From: Camelus ferus
Lineage: Eukaryota
DNA length: 64,000 nucleotides
Direction of reading: 5' to 3'
Assembly (NCBI RefSeq): GCF_009834535.1
Contig: NC_045696.1
Location: forward strand, 114,144,001-114,208,000
A model generated the notes under the pieces. It was given only the letters and a program-made list of their open reading frames with translations, made no database searches and was not told where the DNA came from. Each line of letters opens with the position of its first letter. Within the stretch, counting starts at the first letter, position 1. Both the position numbers and the translations under genes were made by a program. This document shows, one piece after another, positions 1-12,691 of this stretch.

Positions 1-883
1 AGCTGCCAAAAACCTAAAACAGATCTTGGATGTTAAACAGGTAAAATTAAGTCATAGTGTTCGATTCTTGTAGAGAAAAATATAATGTCTGTTTGAAGCA
101 CCATCTATGTGCTGGAAAACTCCTACTTCCGTTTTTTCCATGCATCTGGGAAATTTAGACGCCTTTATTGGCCTATTCAGACGAAGGAGTAGTTTTCCAA
201 TGTCCACATTTCTTGGAGTCCTAAAAGTGGCTCTTCCAAGAAAAGTTAAAAAGCAATCCTTCAGGCTAGAACTTTTCAATGTTTACTTTCATATCAAGAA
301 AGCCATTTGTGGTCTCTGAATAAACAAATGCCATTTGAATTTTATCACACTGTTGAGTGTGTGGCTCAAATGTACTATAACCACAGAATTAGGAAGTGGA
401 TTGGAAGTAAGTTTTTTTCAAGAGCTCATGTGCTTTGAAATAAAACCAATAAGTACCTTAATGTTCCAAGAAGTTTTCAAATCTTATTTAGAACAGTTCC
501 AGAAATTAAAACCATAAACCATTATCCTGTGTAGCATGATGTCTTGCATAATTTTACTTAGATTAACTATCCATTCAACCACATTCAACTATCTGGATCT
601 TTGGCCTTTTCAGAACAAATTAGAGAGGGAAACTAGGTTTCCCTGCAGGAATCTCCTATAGTTCCATCAGGGCAGAGTGCCTTTGCTCCAAAGGGATGAC
701 ATGTTAGACTTCACCATGATAATGCACATTCCTCTCCCATGCTGAAGAAGAGGTGAACCAAAAAATTAAAGGAACCAATAAATTAAATTGAATTTTACTT
801 TACATGAATAAAAGTACCTTAAGAACTAAGTCGATTAAGATTATTATAAATCGGGTGCATGTTTTCTCCAGGTCAGTCAGGAT

Positions 884-1092
884 CAGGGGTCAATAAACCT
901 TTTCTGGAAATGACCAGATAGTAAATACTTCTGGCTCTGCTGGCCATGTGGTCTCTGTCATAAGTACTCATCTCAGTTGTTGTGGAAAAGCAGTCAGACA
1001 ATATGTAAACAAATAGTTATGGCTGGGTTCCAATGAAACACTGTTTACAGTAATGGGTGGCACACCTACAGGCTGCAGCTTGCTGACCCCTG
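884..1092 (-). mobile_element. MER58A-like hAT-Charlie MITE
   Basis: Terminal inverted repeats CAGGGGTC...GACCCCTG; internal sequence matches recalled MER58A consensus; degenerate 8-bp TSD GTCAGGAT/ATCAAGCT. Confidence 0.85.
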
Positions 1093-2411
1093 ATCAAGCT
1101 GTCTAAGATTGTGCTGTAAATGGGAGCAGGTTATGAATGAAGGACACAAGCCTCAGAAGTCCTTTTGGCTTTTATTTGTGTATTTTTCTGCCTTTGTCCA
1201 CGGAGTCAAGGTATTTCTACTTCATATTCTTACATAGTGATAGTGTTATAAAAGGCTCTATCATGTTTATGAAGGAAAGCATGGAACTTGAAAGGCAGCC
1301 CACTCCCGTCTACGCTATGTTCTTTAAAGCTTAGCATACCACCTAAGATTAATAAATGCTAAATAATCATCATTTTTCATTTCACTGCCAAACCTTTTAT
1401 GGAGTCTCGTTTGGCACCCTCAGAGGCATTAACCTGTAGGTTTTACAGTATTCTATTACACACTGTCAGCAGCACCTTGCTGATTAAATCACACTCGGAG
1501 AGAGAGTTAACTGCAAGGCTGTAAGTATTCCTGACAGCTTGTTCTTGCACAGGTTTGGTTTCTTTTGTATTAAGATAAAAAAATCTTGTCACAGCTGGTA
1601 AAAAATGAAGGACACGTAAAACCACTGAACATACACAACTCACAAAAGGCACTTCTCTAAGATCAGAATTCAGATGAGGGGGACAGATTATCTGAAGTAG
1701 GATATGTTTGGGCAGTGATGATCACATATTTCATAGTACTGGGCGGAGTGATGGCAAATCCTTCTGTTGGTGTTTGTTCAGGGGGAGTGTCTTCTACTAC
1801 GCATAAAGCTTTCTTTCATGATTAACTCTAGAATTTCATGTTTATAACTTCATTGGACAGATCCAAGCTAGTAGTCTGATTTTTTGTATTTGTTCTAAAG
1901 ATGAGATTTTTTCATCAAGCACCTAATTTTTCTTTTCCACTGTCCTTAGTGCAATGGTTATAAAATTGTCTTTTTGCTCTCCTTCCAGGTTCCTTGCTTA
2001 AACTGGACTTGTTCCCAAAGCAGCAGGAGATGCTGTCCCATAAAGCCAGAACATTTTATAAGTACTGGCAGTGAAGGCTTATTACTTCATTCTCCAAACA
2101 GCACAGAGGGCTGCTGGGCAGGTTCAGGGGAGGAGAGCCACTGGAACTGCTCGTCTGGGAGAAGTGCTGACTATCACGATGCTGAGTCAGTCCCAGGCTG
2201 AGCAGCCTCTGTGGCTTTGCACCTTGGGTGGTGATGAGCAGAATGGACAGTGGGGATTTGGGTGCTGTGAGTCATGATGAAGTTACCAGTTAGGAGGTGC
2301 CCCCGTCAATCAAGCAAAACTGGGGTCCCTCAGGAAGACTCTACAATTTGAATTCAATAGGTGATTTTGACAGTCTTAACAAAAAAATGGCTGGTAAAGT
2401 CACTTAATTTT

Positions 2412-2695
2412 TTTTAATTGAAGTATAGTTGACTTACAATATTGTGTTAATTTCAGGTGTAGAGCAAAGTGATTCAGTTATACATATACATATATATGTG
2501 TGTGTGTATATGTGTGTTTTGATTCTTTTCCACTATAGGTTACTACAAGATACTGAATTTAGTCCCCTGTACTCTACAGCAGGTCCTTGTTGTTTATCTA
2601 TTTTATATACAATAGTGAGTATTTATTAATCCCATACTTCTAATTTATCCCTCCCCCCTTCTCCTTTGGTAACCATAAGTTTGTTTTCTATGTTT
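2412..2695 (-). mobile_element. 5'-truncated L1 3' end (cetartiodactyl type)
   Basis: poly-T then TTGAAGTATAGTTGACTTACAAT; 18-bp TSD GTAAAGTCACTTAATTTT (2394) / GTAAAGTCGTTTAATTTT (2696). Confidence 0.9.
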
Positions 2696-3388
2696 GTAAA
2701 GTCGTTTAATTTTAAGATATTAAAAGATATATAAATGCTAGAAAAAAATATTTGTGTCTGTTTTTGCCACCCAGAATCAGCCATTACGAAGATGTTGCTA
2801 TATTTGCTTCAAATCCTTTTATGAATGGAAGAGAGCTGGCCCTACAGATCAAATGCATGTTTCTGTTTGTCATCTCTCATTCCTGCCCCTCCTCACTCCA
2901 GAGGTAATCATGATTGCTAAGTTAGTGGGTGTATCATCAGGCGTCCCAGCCGAGGTGGGTGAGGGGCGGAGTGTGCAATGAGCAGGCACTAACACAGGTG
3001 TGGGCAGAACGTGGGAAATCACAATGGATGTCTGGGGCCTGACACCCTAAGCCAAAAGGGAAAAGAGACAGCCAGTTTCAGCCTTGAAAGAAGCTGTGCC
3101 CTTTGGTTGAGGAACATACCTGTCAATGCAGTGCTGCAGGAGAAGGGGTCAATGGACACCCTAGCCTCAATTTCCTTCTGCTTTCTGCTTGGCAGTGCTG
3201 CTGCTGTCCATGCTCTGGAACAAGAAACACCTTGTGGTCCATACAGACCAGCCTCACAGGGTGAGGAGGGAGTTGGGGAATGGACCAGAGTGGGCAAATG
3301 CAGCAAAGACTCAGCATAGCACAGCATGGAGCCTGAGCTGTTATGGATACATGTTCCTATACATAAAGGCATAATAAATAGTATATCA

Positions 3389-3582
3389 CAGGGGCCCCTT
3401 TTCTCTGTAAAGGGTTAAACAGTAAACATTTTAGATTTTGTGGGCCACACATAGTCTGTCATATATTCTTTTTTAATTTTTGTGAACCTTTAAAAATGTA
3501 AAAACCATTCTTAGCTTGTGGACTATATAAAAACAGGTCGTGGGCTTGCTTTAGTCCATGGGCTGTGGTTTGCTGACCCCTA
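3389..3582 (-). mobile_element. MER58C-like hAT-Charlie MITE
   Basis: AAAAACCATTCTTAGC core and ...GGTTTGCTGACCCCT end resemble recalled MER58C. Confidence 0.8.
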
Positions 3583-3624
3583 GCATATATTCTCAGTTTT
3601 GTGTGTTTTAAATTTTTTTTATGA

Positions 3625-3745
3625 TTTGTATTACACTCTAGTTCTTTTCTAATGCTGTGTAACAAATGATCACTAACATACTGGCTTACAAGAACCCCCA
3701 TTTATTATCACTCAGTTCTGTAGCTCAAAATTCCAGGTAGACTCA
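3625..3745 (-). mobile_element. MaLR (MLT1) LTR fragment
   Basis: GCTGTGTAACAAAT...TGGCTTA...CATTTATTATC...CAGTTCTGTAG is the typical MLT1 3' end read on the minus strand. Confidence 0.65.
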
Positions 3746-4089
3746 CAAATGATTTCTTAGGTAAGAGCAGTCGATACTTGGTTAGTGTATTCCACTGCCT
3801 TTAATGGTGAGATATTATTGTCCATCAGCTTCTCAGTGGTCCTCAGATTATAGCCAATGGGCAACAATTTACTGAACGCAGACACAAGGCTGAACTTAGC
3901 TATTGTCAACAGTGAGTGTGTTGTATTACTATGTGAAAGAATATCTTTTATTCAGACAGGCACCACTAACTGACCTGGGACCAGTGCAGTGTGATCCCTG
4001 TGCTAGGTGACTTACAGCCAGTAATAGAAAGGCGTTTGTCATTCTCTGAATATGGCTCTGAATATGAGACAGATGATGACAGGAAGTAA

Positions 4090-4645
4090 GCTGTCAGGGT
4101 ACTGGTTGGTTAGGCTGACAGGGTACCTGTAAAGCAGTGAGGATACACTGAGCGAAACTGGATTAAACAGAGGAGACATTTTTATTTCACATGGTAGGAA
4201 GTCCAAGTTGGATAGGTTGATTCAACTGCTTGGCCATGTTTTTAAGGACCCAAGGACTTTCTAGCTGTTTATTCAGCCCTCCTCCACGTTGGTTTTTTCT
4301 TCAGGGTTCAGCAGAATGGCTGGAGTAAGTCCAGGCATCATGTTCAGACAGAAAACTTTCAGGCATAAGGGACTGCCTCTCTTCTAGGAGAGAAGAAACT
4401 TTCTCTAGAACACCCCTCCCCTAGTAGAATTCTTTTCATATCTCACTGGTTAGAATTGAGTTGTATGCCAATTTCTCAACCAACCACTGCTAAAGGGAGT
4501 GATGTCACCATTAGACTATAAAGTTTATTTCTAGAACTGGGGTCAGTTTCCCCCGAGGCACAGAGCTGCTTGAGGAAGGGCTGGGGATTTGAACAAAACC
4601 AGAGCCTTGTTAGGAAAAACCAGAGGGTGGGTGGACCGAAGGCTG
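4090..4645 (-). mobile_element. MaLR solo LTR, MLT1K-like
   Basis: AAGGACCCAAGG, GTCCAGGCATCA, TCTCACTGGTTAGAATTG and AACAAAACCAGAGCCTTGTTAGGAA motifs. Confidence 0.7.
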
Positions 4646-5704
4646 GAGGCCAAGGACAGTCCCCTCTGTAACCTGACAGTTCACTCCTTTACTAGCACGT
4701 GTTAAAAGGTGCCCATTGTCCACACTGAATTTACGTTCTGTACAACTGTGTTAAAGCTAAGGTGTAATCATCTAGGTAATGTGACTTTATCCATTGAAGG
4801 TATTTAATTAACCAGTTTTCACTTCTATTTTGCAGATTTCTTTTCATATATTAGAGTCAATAAATCTTTCATTAGGTCACAAACATTTCAGAGGCCCTTG
4901 CAAAGCTGGTAGACTGTGGACCCCATGACTGTGGGGCCACTATTTAGCTGGAAGTAGGATAATGAAGCCAGGACTCGTGTCATTTGCAGGTGAAATACAT
5001 GGTCATCTCTCTGTTTCAAATTCGTGGAGAAGAGCTGTTTTCTTGTCCAGGGAACCAAATATTTCATTGCACAAATCATGGTAAAACTCAAAATACAAAA
5101 TTCTGACAGTAACACTCGAGATTTACTAAAATGACATTGACAGCTTCTAAAAATGGGGAGATGAGAAAAAGACCAATGGACACTGCAGAAATAGGTAGGG
5201 AGAGGCCGGACACCAAGCTGTTCTGTAGAGGTGGGTCTTACATCACGTACCCTGCACTCATTCATTCCGCACAGATTTACTGAGCAGTGCTGTGTAGCAA
5301 CACACCTGAAGGACGTGGTGAGGGATTTAAAAAAACATTGTAATCTGAGGTTACTTTTTCTAAGGAGGCTGCCATTTTGGAAGGAAGGATGGAGGTAGGG
5401 GTGAATATACAGTCATGGATCTAAGATATGATTTGGATTATTTAATGTCCAAATTAAATTGAAACTTTCTGATACAGGTCTGTGTTCACCAGTTTTTGTT
5501 TCCTGCTCTTAGAACCACCTGCTTTGCCCAATAGCTGCTTTTAGGTACACCGATCTCTCCCTTCCTGACGTGTAAATTCTTGGAGGGTAAGGATTGCGCC
5601 TTTCATATCTTTTATATCCATGGTGCCTAGACTACTACCCAGTACAGAGATGTCATCAAGCCTGTGTTAAGTGCATATAAACTAACATGGTACCTGCCTC
5701 CCAA

Positions 5705-5808
5705 ACCAACCAACCAACCAACCAACCAAACAACCAACCAACCAACCAACCAACCAACCAACCAATCAACCAACCAACCAATCAACCAACCAACCAACCA
5801 ACCAACCA
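5705..5808. repeat. (CCAA)n microsatellite
   Basis: Directly visible imperfect tetranucleotide array. Confidence 0.97.
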
Positions 5809-6559
5809 GACAAACAAGCTCAAACGAAACAACTAAAAAGAAATGTAACACTTTTTATTGCTCCTTCTGAGTAGATTTTTTAGGAAACTGAACTAACATT
5901 AAAGAGCACTTGACTTTTTTTTAAATACAACTTTCTAGGTGTTATAGTTTGAACATGTTGGTTTTTCTCTCCCAGAGCAGAGCTTTTGAGATCCATAAGG
6001 TGAAATCTGCTGTTGAGTATAAAGGACAACACTATCACAGAGTGAATTTAAATGAAAGAACATCTCTCCACCCCAAGCTGAGCGTGTCCCAGGTGTTTTC
6101 TCCCTGTTCTTGTCGCTGGGCTTTGTATGTAAAAATTGTTACAGCAGTTTGCTCCCCACAGATCTAGAATCAATTTAAAACAGATTTTCCATATTTATTT
6201 AAAAGTGGGCTGTAATGTATTTTAGAGTCAGTATTGATTTCACTTGTCTTTGTGATGACATCTCTGACTGGGTGCCTTTGTTATGTTGCAATTGCGTGGT
6301 ACAGTAATAGGTTCTGAGATGCTGTCAGCACCTACCCTTTTTATGTTGCAATTGCTTGCAAATAATTTGATTGTATCTCTGCCTGATGTTTTAATACTCC
6401 TGTCTTCCAGATTGCTCTTGCTGGAGAGGTGTTTACCCTACTGGGTTGCTGCACCCTAATAAAAATAAACATAGAGAAAGAGTGTGGTTGCATACACTTC
6501 TTTGTGTGACACTTGCCTGGGCCAACACGGTGGCTCAGGGTGACTTTTACAGAAACCAT

Positions 6560-7150
6560 ATGTTCCAGTTATCTACTGCTGCATAGCAATCCACCCTAAA
6601 ATGTAGTAGCATAAAAACCGCCGTTTTATGATGCTCATGGATTTTTATGTGCGTTTAGGGATTTACATTAGGCAGAGCAAGGATTTCTTGTCTCTACCCC
6701 ATGACATCTGGGGCCTTCTGCTAGGAAGACTCAAACAACTGAGGGTGATGTTAATCGCTGAGTGCTGAAATTATCTGGAGGCTCATTCAATCACACGTCT
6801 GGCTCATGCGTTAAGATGACCTGAAACGGAGCTCTGCTGGATATCTCTCCTGGAGTGTGTGCCGTGTGGCTTCTTCGTGTGGCTTCTTCATGTGGCTTGG
6901 GCTTCCTCACAATGTGGTGGCTCAGAGTACTTGCACTTTTTACACTCTAAGGCTCCATGAATAAGTGTTCTAGTCAACACGATGGAAACTGCATGACTTT
7001 TCCTAACTTTTAGTCTCAGATGCCACACTATGTCCCTTTTGCTGCATTGTCCTGGTGAGAAGTGATTCACTCAAGCTAGCCCAGAATCAATGGGAGGGAA
7101 GTTGACTATCTCTTGATGGGAGAAGTATCAAACAATTTGCCATCTTTAAG
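6560..7150 (-). mobile_element. MaLR solo LTR, MLT1H/F-like
   Basis: Begins TGTTCCAGTTATCTACTGCTGCATAGCAA; contains GGCTTCCTCACAATGTGGTGGCT and TCTTGATGGGAGAAGT. Confidence 0.8.
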
Positions 7151-7587
7151 ATCTTTACAATGAATGCTTTATGTTATTGTTAAATCTAGTTTCCATCATT
7201 TTGTAGTAAAAAAAAAAGGATTCATTGGCTAAAAGGCAAGGTCATTAGCACCTATTAAAATATGGTGAGGCATGATAGGGAGCAAGTTAAAAGAAAAAAA
7301 AAGAAAACGTTCTTTCCTTACAGAGAAGCTTGCAATTTTATCAGGTGGTATGCAAATATATAAAAACCTGAATAACCTATTTACAAAGTAAAGTATCAAG
7401 GAGTGTAAATCAATATGCCCTGGAACTTTGCAGTAACAGTTGTGGAATTTTTATAATATGCAAATATTTTGGATCTCACCCAAGCAAATATACCTAGGAT
7501 AACTTCTCACAGAGGCAAATATCACCTAAGCAACCCTTGTGAAGCTCAGGAGTCTATGAAAGGAGAAATCAGAGGAACACAGAAGGT

Positions 7588-7662
7588 TAGAGTTGGAAGG
7601 AGCTTTATAGATTATTTATTCTAACTCTTTCAATATGTAGATGAGGAACTGAAGGCCCAAAC
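7588..7662 (-). mobile_element. MIR SINE fragment
   Basis: TTAGAGTTGGAAGGAGCTTT...AGATGAGGAACTGAAGGCCCA core. Confidence 0.65.
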
Positions 7663-7796
7663 TATGCAATCGCAGGAATCTGCCCCTCCATGGAGGGAGG
7701 GGGGAGGGGAGAAGAATACTAGCTGGTTATCCTAAGCATGTGAAACATAACTTCTATGGGTTTCAGTTAAATCTTAAGTTACGTCAGTTTGATTTT

Positions 7797-8142
7797 ATCA
7801 GTCAGCTTAAGCTGTTATGCTTTAGTGAAAAATCACTCCCAAATTTCAGTGACCAAGGCTTATTTCTTGCTCAAGCTGCCGGTCCGCGCTGGGTCAGGTG
7901 TGGCTCCCTTGGTGATGATCGTCATTCTGGGGCCAGGCTGGCAGAGCAGCCCCTAGACATTGCTGGTTGACACAGAGGTAAAGAGATCATGGCGAAGCAA
8001 ATACTGGCTCTTAAAGCTTCTGCTTGGAAGTCACAAGCTTAGCCTGACATGAAAGGAGCAGAAAGTATGAATTCCCCCCAGGGAAGGGCTTGCCTGCAGG
8101 GAAGGGCAGTAAGTATTTTGAAGAAGAATGTGGTTCATCACA
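7797..8142 (-). mobile_element. MaLR solo LTR, MLT1I-like
   Basis: CCCAAATTTCAGTG, TATTTCTTGCTCA and CTGGCTCTTAAAGCTTCTGCTTGGAAGT motifs; ends ...TCACA. Confidence 0.75.
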
Positions 8143-8233
8143 GTGATTCCGGTAAAAGCACTTTGTGAGCAGAAAAACTCCAGTGACTGCAAGTCTCTCT
8201 TGATCTGTCCAAAGCCTACCAGCCAATCAGTGA

Positions 8234-8330
8234 TGGAAAGGAGGCTGCAACTCTGGTTGCTCAAAACCCAGCTCGGTGTTCTCTTCTCTGGAATGATTCA
8301 CAGACACCATTCCTTTCATTTTATTGCTCA
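8234..8330 (+). repeat. Unique-sequence donor of a ~95-bp local duplication (copy at 9415-9509)
   Basis: Direct alignment shows 3 substitutions and one 2-bp indel between the copies. Confidence 0.95.
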
Positions 8331-8805
8331 GCATTCATTTTAGAATTGTCCATCAGCATGGTCTCTGTGTCAGATGTAAGGACTATTTTCCTAAGCAGGA
8401 AGCTGCTGTTTCCTCTTCTTTGTTCAGCAAGAGTTGTCCTCAGTAGTCATTGCAATCTTTGTTTTGATTGATAATTTTACACTACGCACTAGAAAGCCAT
8501 GCCAAGTGTGTCTTAAATCAGCCATTTCAACCTTATGTGTTTTATTTGTAAAGAGGAGACTTCCATTGGGAGCATTTTTTTTTTCCTGACAGAATTTGTC
8601 CCTAAAAATATGTAAATCCCATTACTAGCTATATGACTTTCCCATAATTTCCTTTTTCATCTCTAAATAGTGCTTAGAAGAGGGAAGATAGATGATACGT
8701 ACTTTTCCATGTTTTATGGAAGCGTTAGATGCAGAGTTCTTGTAAATTGTTATGCTCAAGCTCTTCTTTGTCAACTAATACAGACATCCAAGCTCAAGAA
8801 GGACA

Positions 8806-10995
8806 GAAGTGGCCAGGATGGCACAGTTTGAAGTTCTTGAGCTCACTGTCTCCCACAGGCGCACCAAAATTACAACTATTTACAGAGAAACTATTGATGA
8901 CAAAAACTGGAAGAACAGCAGAAAAAATCTTCCACAACTAAAGATATAAAGAGGGAACCACAAGACAGGTAAGAGGGGTGGAGATGTGGAACAGTCAAGA
9001 ACCACACTTCAGGGCCTCAGGGTAGGTGACACACAAACAGGAGGATAATTACAATGGCAGGCATTTTCTACAAGAAGCGAGGGGTCCAAGTCCCACATTG
9101 GGCTTTCCAGGCTAGGGGTCCTGCACTGGGAAGACAAGCCCCCAGAACACATGGCTTTGATGGCCAGTGGAGCTTGCATATGGGAGAGCTGGAGGGCTGT
9201 AGGAAACAGAGACTCCATTCTCAAAAGACTCACATAAAATCTCACACACTATGAGCCCCAGTACAGAGGCAATAATTTGAAAGGAGCCCAGAGTCAGACC
9301 CATTGCTGATCTTGGAGAGCTTCCCAGAGAGGCAGGTGGTAACTGGAACTTCTCCTGGGGACACAGACATTGGTGGCAGCCATTCTTGGGAAGCTTGTTC
9401 TACCACAAAGACACTGGAAAGGAGGCTACAACTCAGGTTGCTCAAAACCCAGCTCAGTGTTCTCTTCTCTGGAATGATTCACAGACCATTCCTTTCATTT
9501 TATTGCTCATATGCAAGTGCCACTTTGGAGTCCTCCCCCTAGCCTATTACTGTTGGAGGCTTACCCACCAACTAGCAGGCACAGGATCTAGCCCTATCCC
9601 GCCAGCAAGCCAGCTCTAGCCCCAGGCCCCCAGTGTCCCACAGCCAACTGCCCTAGGACCCAACCTTACTGACAAATGGGCTGGCAGCCTCACTGCATCA
9701 AAAGAATAAAATCCCAGGGAATAAATCTAGTCAAGGACGTAAAAATCTTGTACTTGGACAATTATGACATTGATGAGAAAAATTCAAGATGACACAAACA
9801 AAAAAAGATAGTTTGTGCTCATGGGCTGAAAGACTTACTATTGTTAAAATGACCATACTGCAGAAGGCAATCAACAGATTCAATGCTCTATCAAATACCA
9901 ATGGCATTTTTTACAGAATGAGAACAAATAATTCTAAAATTTGTATGGAAACAAAAAAAGGCCCTGAATAGTCAAAACAAACTTAAGGAGAAAAAAAAAA
10001 AAAGCTGAAAGTATCATGTTCCCTGATTTCAAACTACACTACAAAGCTACAGTCATCAAAACAGTACTGTACTGGCACAGAAACAGACACATAAATCAAT
10101 GGAATAGAATAGACAGCCCAGAAATAAACTCACACTTATATGGTCAATTAATCCATGACAGAGGAGGCATGAATATACATCTGTCAAATGGCTGTCATCA
10201 AAAAGACAACAAATAAGTGTTGGTGAGGATGTGGAGATAAGGTAAACTTTGTGCACTGTTGATGGAATTGTAAATTGGCATAGCCACTATGGAAAACAAT
10301 ATGGAAGATCCTCAAAAAATTAAAAATAGAACTATCAGACAATCCATCAATTTCACTTTTGGATATTACTAGAAGAAAACAAAAACACTATTTGAATAGT
10401 TATATGCATCCCAATATTCATTGCAGCATATTTACAAGAGCCAAGATACGGAAGCAACCTAAGTGTCCATCAATAGATGAATGGATAAAGAAGATGTGTA
10501 TGTACACAATGGAATATTACTCAGCCTTGGAAAAGAAGGAAATTTTGCCATTTGTGATAAATGGATGGATGTAGAAGGTATTATGCTAAAGGAAATAAGT
10601 CAAACAGAGAAAGACAAATATCATAGGATTTCACTTATATGTGGAATCTAAAAAACAAAACAAATGAACAAACGTAAGAAAACAGAAATAGACTCACAGT
10701 TGCAGAGAACAGACAGGTTGTTGTAGGAGGGCATGGGGTCAAGGGATGAATGAATTAGGTGAGGGAGATTAAGAGCAGTACACTTCCAGTTACAAAATAA
10801 ATGAGTCACAGAGATGAAATGTACAGCATGGGGAATATAGTCAATAATACTGTAATAACTGGTGACAGATGTAACTGGACTTATTCTGGTGATCATTAGG
10901 AATGTTTAGAAATATCAAATCACTATGTTGTGCACCTGGAGCTAACATAGTGTTGTCGGTCAGTACTTCCATTAAAAAAAAGAAAAAAAGAAAAG
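8806..10995 (+). mobile_element. Internally deleted L1 (5'UTR, 3' part of ORF2, 3'UTR, poly-A)
   Basis: 8806-9690 aligns with the 5'UTR of the L1 at 34109; jumps at ~9691 to the ORF2 post-RT region (ORFs 9789, 10016 and 10359 are L1-like); poly-A at ~10974. Confidence 0.92.
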
Positions 10996-12691
10996 TAATT
11001 GAGAAAACAGAGCATTTGCAATTTACTTACTATCATGAGCTTGCTTTAGACTAAGGATAATATTCAACTCTGCTAGTTTTTAATGCTAAGTATATTTTCA
11101 TATTTGTGTTGGGCTAAAGAATCCTGATTCTACCCTTTCAAAACAAAAACAAACTAACAAAAAACTACCAAACCAAACCAAACCAAACAAAACAAAAACC
11201 CTCAAGGAAAGTCACTTACTGTAGAGACTGATCTGCAGAATCAATCAGCTCGTTTGCCAAACTTAAAGGGCCGTGATGTTTTGATCCTCAGAGCAGTTTT
11301 GTTTTGTTTTGTTTTTTGGAATCTTTCATGTACTGTCACCAGATGCTTCCAGGTTTAAGGTACTTTCACCAGTAGGCTTTTGAAGCCAGCTTCCCACCCC
11401 TCTCACTTTGGTTTATGTGGACTGGAGGAGGGGTAGAATTGACCAGCTCTTCCAAAGGGAAGGTAAATTGAGTTCTGTCTGTTAGCTATAAATGGTTGAA
11501 CAAGTTGCAATATAATTGTTATACCACTAGCCCGGCGGTGACCTTCGAGGAGGAATTTTGTTTATTTTATTAAGCAGACATAAATCCCATGAACCTTAGT
11601 CATAGCCAAAAGCCAAACTGAGAAAACCTTTGAAATCTACCTTAAAAAACCATTGCAGCATTCATTTCACACAGGCCAATGAATTATACAAGTGAGGGGT
11701 ATTAACTTCAAATAGCCTAGCTCCCCTTCCTCCACCCCATGACACATTCAAAAGGCAAGTTGTTCTTAGTAAAATGCCATTACTTTCACAAGGTAAAAAG
11801 CAAGGGACAAAGTAACAAGGTATTTCTTGGTTAAAAAAATAACACAGTTCATGTGAACTCATTGTGTCATTAGCTTCCATCAGAGTCGAACTTCAAAATG
11901 CTTTCTTAAATGGTCATGCATTTGACATGTGGGAATAAAATTGGGAGTGAGAAGCTAAGCTTTTATAGTAAGCAAATCCATCGCAGCAGCAAGTTGATAT
12001 CCACAAACATTCACAGGAGTTGTGAGCTGGCTAGATAACGATGCACCTCAGTAGTCCACACCCAAGTCTGCATTCACCCAGAGGAGCTGTCTGCAGGGGT
12101 CTCAGAAACCATTACTGTAACCATTTTCTTCCATTCTTGCAGGAAAAAGGAGACCAAAATGTACCACAGTTCTGTCAGATGATCCAGAGTACATATTTAT
12201 ATAAAAATGCTAAGAGAGAACTATATAAGTAAATGTTTGAATATTACAGCAAACATTAATCTGATTGCAAATTAGTGGGCACCTTTTGAATACCACTGGC
12301 ATGTGTGGGAATTAATTTTAGATTTGATCTAAGATCTGTGGAGTGACTTAGCTTCTGTTTTATATTATCTAGGAGGAAAGGAACAGAAATGATAACGACT
12401 TCAAGTCTTCCTTTTGTGCTTGTGAATGAGTGGCTCTCTTGGCATGGAAACCGTTGCCCTTCTGTTTCTTGTATTCTGCACTCAGCTTATACTCAGCTTT
12501 TACATATAAGCCTGAGCTCATACTGAGATGATGGGGATTTAGGAGACAACCTCAAGTCCTGCTCCTCTGGATTTATTTCACAAAGCACCCACTAAGAGAG
12601 GGCTTTACCTCTACTTGTTTATAAAATTATGCACATGTACACATAATATATACATTTATTAAAGATATTTATTAAAAACCAGGCATTTTGA

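Noticed and set aside
5627..5870. Low-complexity ORFs (WLVG and NQPT repeats; YI repeats at 19782-20137)
   Set aside because: These are translations of the (CCAA)n and (TA)n microsatellites.
6863..6898. Short tandem duplications (13-bp unit here; TCTGACACTACA x2 at 62455)
   Set aside because: Ordinary replication slippage.
7350..7465. Two ATGCAAAT octamer sites
   Set aside because: No supporting context such as an snRNA or Ig promoter structure; likely chance in AT-rich DNA.
12143..12228. Exon-like segments on + (also after 1989, 29519-29551, 41785-41822 and 49840-49886)
   Set aside because: Splice-like signals are expected by chance in 64 kb, and no recognisable peptide or consistent exon chain emerges. 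RNA-seq would be needed, so real small exons cannot be excluded.
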